From a virus (Duplodnaviria > Caudoviricetes), in the IMG/VR virus record IMGVR_UViG_3300037470_000174, positions 1 through 24,287 of that record: a DNA stretch of 24,287 nucleotides, one strand, 5' to 3'. Numbering within the stretch: position 1 is the stretch's first letter; every line of letters starts with the position of its first letter. Below the pieces are notes generated by a model. The model saw only the letters and a program-made list of their open reading frames with translations, was not told the origin of the DNA and ran no database searches. The position numbers were made by a program, and so were the translations under genes. Of the stretch, positions 1 through 6,915 are shown in pieces.

Positions 1-486
1 AATGAAGCCTCGATATGTGGTATGGAGAAACTTGATCCTGAAGGAAAGTTCCGCCGCCGGTTTACCTGCAAACTCGACCACTTCATAATCATCAAGCAAC
101 CCTCCCTGACACAACTCATGGAGCATTAACAAAGCAGCCACAGCCTCAGGAAAAGACTTCTTCTGCTTCTCATTTACATCTGCATAGTCTGTATCCCAGA
201 AGAGAAAGGCAGCCCAGATTGCTTTGGTAATATCCCTTGTAATTAGATACTGCTGAATCCCTTCACCTACTGCATGACCATAAGCAAAGGTTACATTCTC
301 AGAGTAGTCTGTAACTCTTGGGGCTTCAAGCTTCTGGAGTTGGAAGGAACGAGGGCAAGCATGGAACTCAAGGCTACCAGAGTATGAGAGCCTGAGATAC
401 CTCGGATCAACTTGCCCATCCTCCAACTGGACTACTGGAATAGAGTTATGATCCTCCTCCAGTGGACAGTCTAGGAACTCAAACAT
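1..486 (-). CDS. PD-(D/E)XK (RecB/Cas4-like) exonuclease, 3' end outside window
   Basis: Manual translation from ATG 486 (RBS GGAGG): MFEFLDCP...RLSYSGSLEFHACPRSF...TFAYGHAVGEG...AELSFRIKFLHTTYRGFI; the LSYS/CPR/G-H and E-x-F...RGFI pattern matches phage PDDEXK nucleases; frame open to the window edge. Confidence 0.8.
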   Translation of the reverse strand, partial: MFEFLDCPLEEDHNSIPVVQLEDGQVDPRYLRLSYSGSLEFHACPRSFQLQKLEAPRVTDYSENVTFAYGHAVGEGIQQYLITRDITKAIWAAFLFWDTDYADVNEKQKKSFPEAVAALLMLHELCQGGLLDDYEVVEFAGKPAAELSFRIKFLHTTYRGFI

Positions 487-709
487 CTTTATTTGCCTCC
501 GCTATTGCTTCCTTGCCAAGTCTGTGTGCCAAAGTTCTAGCTACGATATGAGCGCCTTCAACAGTCAGAGCTTCATGACGGAAGCCGTTTTCCTCAAGGA
601 ACTTAATCAGCTCTTGTGTACACTCACATTTGAAGAGAAGCTGACCAGTAAGGAGGTTTGCTTTCTGCTTCTTACTCAGGGGTTTCTTCTTGTTCCACGC
701 TGTCATCAC
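479..709 (-). CDS. hypothetical protein, 76 aa
   Basis: ORF tiles between neighbours with short overlaps in the leftward operon. Confidence 0.65.
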   Translation of the reverse strand: MMTAWNKKKPLSKKQKANLLTGQLLFKCECTQELIKFLEENGFRHEALTVEGAHIVARTLAHRLGKEAIAEANKDV

Positions 710-935
710 AATACCCTTCCCTATGAAGTTGGATTCTTACTGCTGCTGCAAGGGTATGGAAACTCTGATCCTTGCTATCTTGCCAGAGCTTAACTCCCCC
801 CTGCTTGATGCACTCTTTGAGCTTCCAACCTTTGCGGCGCAAGTGCCTTGTCAGCTTAGTTCCCAGAGATACCTTGTCTGGCTCATATGGGCGAGTAGGT
901 TCCGGCGGTGCAAACCTGCTGATTGTGGTGATCAT
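672..935 (-). CDS. hypothetical protein (~87 aa)
   Basis: ATG 935 overlaps the upstream stop (ATGA) with a GGGAG RBS; start revised from 950. Confidence 0.65.
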   Translation of the reverse strand: MITTISRFAPPEPTRPYEPDKVSLGTKLTRHLRRKGWKLKECIKQGGVKLWQDSKDQSFHTLAAAVRIQLHREGYCDDSVEQEETPE

Positions 936-1423
936 GACTTTAACTCCCAAGTAGGACTAACTCTCTCCAGTTGCTTAATCATCCACCCTTGCCCAGACTC
1001 CCACAGCTTAGCTTCGCATTCATACCAAGCCAACTCTAGCCAAGACCAGTGAATCTTAGTTGCAATCCACAGTCTTTGTATCTCATAGTGAGGTGTCCAG
1101 TCCGTGCTACCCCAGTCATGCCGCATAGTTAGCCAGTCCGTATGATGCTCAGACCAGAATGGGCACTGTTCCCTCAGTGGGTGATTAGGCAGAAAGAATA
1201 CTGAGAAAAGATTCTTACCGCCGGCCATGTAATTTACATACATTTTCCGCCGGTGCATCATGTAGAGATACATACACAGTTTAAGGTCAGCGAAAGCTTC
1301 ATCTTGCTTGGCGCTAGTAAGTGTGAACCTTGGAGACTGGCCAGTTGGTGGCTCTTCCATATGCCAAGAGAACGGACGTTGCTGGCCTGTTAATGGATAG
1401 TCATTCAGGTCTGTGAGTTCCAT
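932..1423 (-). CDS. Trp-rich hypothetical protein, 163 aa
   Basis: AAGGAG RBS; coupled to the downstream gene. Confidence 0.7.
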   Translation of the reverse strand: MELTDLNDYPLTGQQRPFSWHMEEPPTGQSPRFTLTSAKQDEAFADLKLCMYLYMMHRRKMYVNYMAGGKNLFSVFFLPNHPLREQCPFWSEHHTDWLTMRHDWGSTDWTPHYEIQRLWIATKIHWSWLELAWYECEAKLWESGQGWMIKQLERVSPTWELKS

Positions 1424-1520
1424 CCTTCTTCTCCTTCCAGACTAGAATCCCGAATGCCAGGGCTAGGTAAGTAACTAAGAAGATGAAAGCACCTAGCTCA
1501 AACTCTGCTACGCTGCCCAT
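1401..1520 (-). CDS. small single-TM membrane peptide, 39 aa (MGSVAEFELGAFIFLVTYLALAFGILVWKEKKDGTHRPE)
   Basis: Manual translation; GAGGA RBS; starts 1 nt after the previous stop; hydrophobic core followed by KEKK. Confidence 0.65.
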   Translation of the reverse strand: MGSVAEFELGAFIFLVTYLALAFGILVWKEKKDGTHRPE

Positions 1521-1521
1521 A

Positions 1522-1599
1522 TTAGTTCCTCGCAAGTACCCACACCATGACAGTCACACATACAAAGACAATTGCCCACAGATCATATACACCAATCAT
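1522..1599 (-). CDS. small single-TM membrane peptide, 25 aa (MIGVYDLWAIVFVCVTVMVWVLARN)
   Basis: Manual translation; starts 2 nt after the stop of 1602..2105, with AGGAG upstream. Confidence 0.6.
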   Translation of the reverse strand: MIGVYDLWAIVFVCVTVMVWVLARN

Positions 1600-1601
1600 G
1601 A

Positions 1602-2105
1602 CTAGAGATCTCCTGCTGAGATAGGAACTTTCGCTGCCTTCTTAGCTCCCTTTACTGCCCGAGGTGCAACTATCTCTATCTCTGCATGGCGGATAAGACC
1701 ATGAACAATGGCACCTATCTCATCCTCACTAAGAGCAGTCACACAATCTGGATCAGTCCGGAGTTTTGAATGGATATCTCGCAGGATGGTACGGAACTCA
1801 GGAAGGTTCTGAGTCAGTGCTGCTTCCAGCTCAGCCAGTTGCATGACTAGTGGATGGTCAGGCTTTCCACTTGCGTCATCAGAGCTATTAGCTCCCTCCG
1901 ATACCTCCGAGTCAGGCAATTCTGCTTCACTACTTGCAACTTGTGGTTCCTCTGAGTCTCCAGTACTATCTGGTTCCTCAGTGGCTGTATGTACCACGGA
2001 CTCCACGGTTGCTGTCTCATCTTTCTTTACCTCTTCTGGTTTGGCTAGTGCAGCCATTGCTTTCTTAGCTGCTGTCAGCGCCTTAAGTTTCTCTAAGGGA
2101 GTCAT
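1602..2105 (-). CDS. hypothetical protein, 167 aa, acidic disordered linker plus helical C-domain
   Basis: GGAGG RBS; TAATG coupling with the dUTPase gene. Confidence 0.85.
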   Translation of the reverse strand: MTPLEKLKALTAAKKAMAALAKPEEVKKDETATVESVVHTATEEPDSTGDSEEPQVASSEAELPDSEVSEGANSSDDASGKPDHPLVMQLAELEAALTQNLPEFRTILRDIHSKLRTDPDCVTALSEDEIGAIVHGLIRHAEIEIVAPRAVKGAKKAAKVPISAGDL

Positions 2106-2797
2106 TACTTGCTACCTCCTCCAGTTGCCAGCTTGTAGTGCTTTGCCAATTCACAAGTCACCTTGGATACAGTGACCTTGTCACCAAGTCGCTTGATATC
2201 TCCAAGGATCTTTTCCAGATACCAGTTATCTTCCTGATACTTGATACTTATCTCAGGGATGAGCCACTGCTTCTGGTAAGTTCCTTCACCGTAACCACAG
2301 TCTTGGCGAAAGATATTCAGTGCGTACTTGCCAGTGTAGATATCAATGATCTCAGAGGCAGTTAAGTCAAGTGCCTTACAAAGAGCATCGAAGGCATACC
2401 AAGAAAAGGAAGTTTGCTCAGAGTTAACAAGCAGCTCAGACAAGGCATCATCTAAGTCCCAAACTGGTGGGAGTTGTGAAGTTGGCTCAAACTTCTGACC
2501 TGCCTGCATAGACTTAGAAAGTCCGAAGTGAAGAATATCTATCACCTCAAGTTGGATCTGCTTCTTGTTATCTATGTTGATTCCTTGCTTATAATGATCT
2601 GATCCTTTCCACCACTTCCAACCTAGATGACCATGAATCTCCAGGACTTCATCAATTACTGCAAGCCCCCAGTCCCAGCCTTCTTTCTTCCAGTCAGCGT
2701 GACCGAAGTTACCCATGCAAGTCATGCTATTGAGGGTATCTTGCATCTTAGCAAGTTCTTCAAGCTGGGAAGGTTGGAGATATTTGATTGCTTTCAT
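2105..2797 (-). CDS. dut: dimeric (all-alpha) dUTPase
   Basis: Motifs EVLE..HLGWKWWK, LEVIDILHFGLS, KYALNIFRQDCGY.EGTYQKQW and EDN, typical of the Campylobacter/trypanosome-type dUTPase_2 family. Confidence 0.9.
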   Translation of the reverse strand: MKAIKYLQPSQLEELAKMQDTLNSMTCMGNFGHADWKKEGWDWGLAVIDEVLEIHGHLGWKWWKGSDHYKQGINIDNKKQIQLEVIDILHFGLSKSMQAGQKFEPTSQLPPVWDLDDALSELLVNSEQTSFSWYAFDALCKALDLTASEIIDIYTGKYALNIFRQDCGYGEGTYQKQWLIPEISIKYQEDNWYLEKILGDIKRLGDKVTVSKVTCELAKHYKLATGGGSK

Positions 2798-3015
2798 TAT
2801 TTGTAATCCTCTGTATTAACCATATAGTAAGGAACCTCAGGAACTATTGCACGATCATTCCAAGATTCGTCACAAGCCATATCATCTACTGGAACTAAAT
2901 TAATAGAACCTACCACTACGGAAACAACGAAATCATTATCTGGAAATCTAACTTCTCGGTCTCCGCTTACTTTTATTAACTCTTGTAACCTAGCAATTAC
3001 CTCGGAAGCTTTCAT
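2797..3015 (-). CDS. hypothetical protein (MKASEVIARLQELIKVSGDREV...)
   Basis: GGAG RBS before ATG 3015; common phage N-terminal MK-SE-I--LQ-L---GD pattern; the alternative TTG start at 3060 lies inside a terminator. Confidence 0.75.
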   Translation of the reverse strand: MKASEVIARLQELIKVSGDREVRFPDNDFVVSVVVGSINLVPVDDMACDESWNDRAIVPEVPYYMVNTEDYK

Positions 3016-3036
3016 GAACAGAAACTCCAGACGTAG

Positions 3037-3066
3037 AAAAACCTCCAGTGGTTTACCCAAGGAGGT
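3037..3066 (-). terminator. Rho-independent terminator
   Basis: Minus strand ACCTCC-ttgggtaaaccact-GGAGGT-TTTT, downstream of the 197-aa gene. Confidence 0.75.
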
Positions 3067-3183
3067 CTCCTATTGTATTTGAGCGGTGGGGAATTAGTGA
3101 AGGTTTTCATTAGTCTTGCCGGCTAACTCAGGCCACCGAAAGAGCAAGCTAACTAATTGGATTACCTACAACCAGTGCCAGAC

Positions 3184-3777
3184 TTACAGCGCGTCAGCAG
3201 TAACCTTGACGGAGAGCAACTCAGCTACCTTGGTAGCCAAGAAGTTGATCGCCCGATCATGCTTCTCGCAAGTTTCAGCCGGAGCAGCTTCCACGAACAC
3301 TGCCAGTTGATCCTGCAGGACAGTGAGCACGTCGTTGTCACCAGCGCAACGCTTGAAGCGCTCGATGAAGAGACCAGCAGCAGCAGCAACTCGCTCAGGA
3401 GACTTGCCAGTAGCTTCCGGCATGATTGCCATGTAGTCAGTTGCGAAGGCTTCCAAGTCTTCCTTGGTAAGCATGCTGCGCTCAGACTTCGGCAGGTTCG
3501 CGATAGCTTCGATGCTGATCTTGCCTTCTGCAACCAGCGCATCCAACTTAGCCTGGTCGAAGTCCAGATCATTATCTACAAAGCCACGAACGTAGCCAGT
3601 CAGAAGACCCTGGATAGTCTCAGTTACGAGACTCACAACTTTCGGATCATCCGAACCCAGAAGTTCCATCACACCTTCTGCACTCGGAGCATCATACTCG
3701 ACAGTGACAGTAGGACGCTTCAAGCCATTCTTGGTGCGGAAGTTGAAGTCAGTTGCTACGCGGGAAATAGTGGACAT
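3184..3777 (-). CDS. 197-aa protein, probably highly expressed; paralogue of 10042..10689; possible nucleic-acid-binding protein
   Basis: Own TATAAT promoter, AAGGA RBS and terminator; C-ending codon preference like the MCP; function is inference only. Confidence 0.9.
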   Translation of the reverse strand: MSTISRVATDFNFRTKNGLKRPTVTVEYDAPSAEGVMELLGSDDPKVVSLVTETIQGLLTGYVRGFVDNDLDFDQAKLDALVAEGKISIEAIANLPKSERSMLTKEDLEAFATDYMAIMPEATGKSPERVAAAAGLFIERFKRCAGDNDVLTVLQDQLAVFVEAAPAETCEKHDRAINFLATKVAELLSVKVTADAL

Positions 3778-3857
3778 GGTTTTGTTTCCTTCTATCTATT
3801 GGGGGAAGTAACTTGCAGCTTGCAAGCCGGCGATTGGTTTATCGCTTGGCGGTGGCC

Positions 3858-3887
3858 ATTATAGCGTTTTTGGGGGCATGGGTGGGG
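3858..3887 (-). promoter_or_regulatory. promoter: perfect -10 TATAAT, CCCCAC at the -35 position
   Basis: Minus strand CCCCAC-N18-TATAAT, with CGC before TATAAT, ~80 nt upstream of the 197-aa start. Confidence 0.6.
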
Positions 3888-3905
3888 GCAGGGGCTGGAT
3901 GAATC

Positions 3906-4184
3906 TTACCAAATCACTTTAACTAGCCACTGGTTAGATTCTGAGGAGTGTGAAGCTGCTGCTTTCAGCCCAGCCTCTTGAAACTTGCTAACTACATAAT
4001 GAGCAACACTGTGCTCATTGATTGGTGGAAGGGTGCAAGATGAGAATCCCTTTGTTGCTTGCCACAGGATGTATTTCTCTGCCTTCTCATAAGCTCGCTC
4101 AGCCGGCTTATTCTTTGCCCTCTCTACTAGCACGGCAAGTTGATCTTTCAGTGGTACTACCTTTGGAGGCTCTGGTGGGAACAT
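3906..4184 (-). CDS. hypothetical protein, 92 aa
   Basis: GAGGA RBS; starts 3 nt after the helicase stop. Confidence 0.75.
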   Translation of the reverse strand: MFPPEPPKVVPLKDQLAVLVERAKNKPAERAYEKAEKYILWQATKGFSSCTLPPINEHSVAHYVVSKFQEAGLKAAASHSSESNQWLVKVIW

Positions 4185-4187
4185 GAC

Positions 4188-5981
4188 TTAGTCCTCATTC
4201 TTGAAGTAATGTAAGCCCTGAGGTAACTCGTCAGCGCCTACCTTGTTGATCTTGATGTATCTTTCAAATGCCGCTATCTTCTCATCCAGTGTCTTACCTG
4301 GAAGTCGTTGGCTAGTTACTCCAGCAACAAAGAAGTTAGGTGGGCAGACTATGTATAGTTCCTCTCTTGCTCGTGTGACTCCTGTATAAATTAGTTCCCG
4401 AAAGAACATATTAGATTGGGAAGCATGAGTTATAAAGAGTACCCTGCGATACTCACTGCCTTGTGACTTGTGAACTGTAAGTGCGTAACCTAGCTCAAGT
4501 TGACCAATTGGGCCAGCAGTATCTAGGACTTCATACGAGTCAAACTCCTCGGAATAAACTGTGATCTTGTGGCTTGCTTGACGTAGTATTTCTTCCCTAT
4601 CTTCACCAACGGAGGCGAGAGAGTTAAGAATAGCGTCAATTTCTCTGGAGTGCATGTCCATTGCTTCCTCACCAGTTTCTGTGAGTAAGCTAGCCAGTGC
4701 AGACATAGCAGCCTTGTCGTGCTCAACTCCATCATAGTCCAGAGTGATGGTCGCTTTCTTAAAAGGTTTACCAAAGTAACCCGGATTCCTTTCAATCTTT
4801 GTAATGAAATGTTCCGTCTTGTTCCAGAGAACCTTATCTCCAACACGGAAGTATTTCTTGTTGAGGCCGGCAATGATTTCATGCACAGGTTCCTTCTCTG
4901 GATTGAAGTTATGAGCCATGTGAGTTGCTACAATCTTATTCAGCTCAGTACAACCAAAGGTTCCTGCTTTGTTATAAGGAGAGAGAATCACATCCGTTGT
5001 AGGATCATAGGAGCCTTCATTAATCATGTCAGGCAGGAACTTAGACATGGCAACAAGACTGGCTTCAATACCTAGAGGTTTCTTCCATGGGCGAATAGTT
5101 ACCTTCCCATTACCTTCTGCCATCTTATCTATGTTCCAGTCAGTAAGTTTCGGTGCTGGAATTACCTCACCTCTTAGGATATGATGCGCTAATGAAATTA
5201 TAGGAGATTCTAAGGCTTGTCTGTAAACTTCCGTAAGTTCTACGCGCGTAATACCAGCTTCCAAGGCATGTATAAAAATTGAGCGCCCAAATACCGGTGG
5301 GAGTTGCTGTATATCTCCAATCAAGATGACTTGAAACTTTGGATTGTATGGGATTGCATCCACTAATTGGTTCCATAAGTCAGTTCCTACCATCGGTGCT
5401 TCATCTATGATTAGAACTTGCATAGTTGCAGGAAGTGGATTGGAGCGATTCCTATTAGGTACGAACCTCATAGTTTTCTTATAGGTGCCAGTCTTCTCAT
5501 CATAGAAATCATAATACTCTGGCTGGAACTCTAGGAGCTTGTGGATAGTTAGGCAATTCTGGCGCAGATCATTAGGCAGAACTTTCTTGATATTTTGTAC
5601 TGCCTTGTTTGTGAAGCTCACGCAAACGATTCCTGGGACTCCTGACTTAAGGTGCTTATGCTCCAGGATTTGCAGCTTTGGAATCTTATCGCTTTGGATG
5701 AGGGAAAGGATTGCACCTCTGGTAACTGTAGTCTTACCACAACCAGCCGGACCTATGAGGGCAACAGACTTACCTGCGAGGACTCTATTTATGAAGTAAG
5801 CTTGCTCTAGATTATATACAATCTTATCTATTGCTTGCTTGATGTTGGTTTGTTGAAAGGGTGCTGGTAGCGAAGTTCCTTCAGGCGGGATGTTGAGGGC
5901 TTTAGTATCTGTAGCCATCCTGCCTTCTAGGGTTTTCTTAGCTACCAGCGCCCGAAGTTTCTCAAGCGCTGAGTTAGCCAT
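4188..5981 (-). CDS. RecD/Dda-like superfamily 1B DNA helicase
   Basis: GPAGCGKTT (Walker A), IIDEAPMV (Walker B), GDIQQLPPV, LTEVYRQA, YALTVHKSQGSEY, RELIYTGVTRARE. Confidence 0.95.
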   Translation of the reverse strand: MANSALEKLRALVAKKTLEGRMATDTKALNIPPEGTSLPAPFQQTNIKQAIDKIVYNLEQAYFINRVLAGKSVALIGPAGCGKTTVTRGAILSLIQSDKIPKLQILEHKHLKSGVPGIVCVSFTNKAVQNIKKVLPNDLRQNCLTIHKLLEFQPEYYDFYDEKTGTYKKTMRFVPNRNRSNPLPATMQVLIIDEAPMVGTDLWNQLVDAIPYNPKFQVILIGDIQQLPPVFGRSIFIHALEAGITRVELTEVYRQALESPIISLAHHILRGEVIPAPKLTDWNIDKMAEGNGKVTIRPWKKPLGIEASLVAMSKFLPDMINEGSYDPTTDVILSPYNKAGTFGCTELNKIVATHMAHNFNPEKEPVHEIIAGLNKKYFRVGDKVLWNKTEHFITKIERNPGYFGKPFKKATITLDYDGVEHDKAAMSALASLLTETGEEAMDMHSREIDAILNSLASVGEDREEILRQASHKITVYSEEFDSYEVLDTAGPIGQLELGYALTVHKSQGSEYRRVLFITHASQSNMFFRELIYTGVTRAREELYIVCPPNFFVAGVTSQRLPGKTLDEKIAAFERYIKINKVGADELPQGLHYFKNED

Positions 5982-5993
5982 TCATTAGTTCCT

Positions 5994-6278
5994 CTATTTT
6001 ACCGTGCGAAGGAGGGATGCTTTCCTTAGGATGTTTGCAGGGTAGCTACGCTCCCAGTCAGTTCCATCGAAGCCAATATTCAGGGTATGAAAGTCTAAAC
6101 ACGGCGAGAGACTTTCATCAGTGTAGCAACCAATGCAGCCATCCCAGTAGACACTATTGATAGTTGCTGTGAGTTCTTTATCTATGTGGCGATTATACCA
6201 AAGATGGCCAGGAAGAAGCTTGACCACGATCTTATCACCTGCTTTAAGGTGCTTGTACCATACTTTTTGCTTAGCCAT
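5994..6278 (-). CDS. hypothetical protein, 94 aa
   Basis: GGAG RBS; tiles in the operon. Confidence 0.7.
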   Translation of the reverse strand: MAKQKVWYKHLKAGDKIVVKLLPGHLWYNRHIDKELTATINSVYWDGCIGCYTDESLSPCLDFHTLNIGFDGTDWERSYPANILRKASLLRTVK

Positions 6279-6279
6279 T

Positions 6280-6687
6280 TTAGTTCTCCAGAGACTTTAA
6301 GTCCGGTTGGATTAAGACATACGCCTTAAGAGAGTCTGGCGCACCTTCTTTTGAGTGTTTCATTGTAGTTCCAAGAGGGTAACGAACTGCGCGGAAAGAT
6401 AGCCAGAAATACTTAGGCTCAATCTCACCACTCTTATTAAGTTCCTCATTGTAGAGTTTTGTAGCCTTCCCTGAGAACAATGGGAGGAAATTAACCTTCC
6501 CTATTTCTATTCCATCACAAGTGAGTTTATCAGCAATTTCCTCAGCAGTCCAGCGCCTGCAAAGATATATCTCTGCTGCATCACTGTACTCTTTAGGTAG
6601 ATTAAACTCTTTAGTGAGGATTCTTACAAACTCCCCAAAGGTGAAAGAGTCATAACCTGGGAGATTGGAGTTTGAGATAGTGACCAT
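6280..6687 (-). CDS. hypothetical protein (~135 aa)
   Basis: Start revised to ATG 6687 (AAGGA RBS, 1 nt after the upstream stop). Confidence 0.7.
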   Translation of the reverse strand: MVTISNSNLPGYDSFTFGEFVRILTKEFNLPKEYSDAAEIYLCRRWTAEEIADKLTCDGIEIGKVNFLPLFSGKATKLYNEELNKSGEIEPKYFWLSFRAVRYPLGTTMKHSKEGAPDSLKAYVLIQPDLKSLEN

Positions 6688-6688
6688 T

Positions 6689-6913
6689 TTATTCATTCCT
6701 TCCAGTGATACGGAGATAGAAAGCTTTGAGTTCTTTCCACTTAACAAGCCCAGCAAATGCCCAGAAGAGGTAAGGATTATATAGGTATCTAAGATTCCCG
6801 TCCATTACCTTAAAGAACATCGGATAGCCTGCTTTAGTTGTGTAGACTCGGATCACTGGAGTTTCTTTTCCAGCTCTCTTATTATATCTAGTTTCTTGGA
6901 GGATAGGATTCAT
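6689..6913 (-). CDS. hypothetical protein, 74 aa
   Basis: Tiles exactly between its neighbours. Confidence 0.65.
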   Translation of the reverse strand: MNPILQETRYNKRAGKETPVIRVYTTKAGYPMFFKVMDGNLRYLYNPYLFWAFAGLVKWKELKAFYLRITGRNE

Positions 6914-6915
6914 GA

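Noticed and set aside
3067-3183. Hammerhead, twister or c-di-GMP-I riboswitch identity for the structured spacer
   Set aside because: CTGA and GAAA are present but the CUGANGA core is incomplete; twister and GEMM consensus elements are missing
3157-3864. 235-aa plus-strand ORF
   Set aside because: Antisense shadow of the biased 197-aa gene, which has the promoter, RBS, terminator and a paralogue
672-4184. PPEP...KV-L similarity between the 87-aa and 92-aa ORFs
   Set aside because: Too short and Pro-biased, with no further alignment
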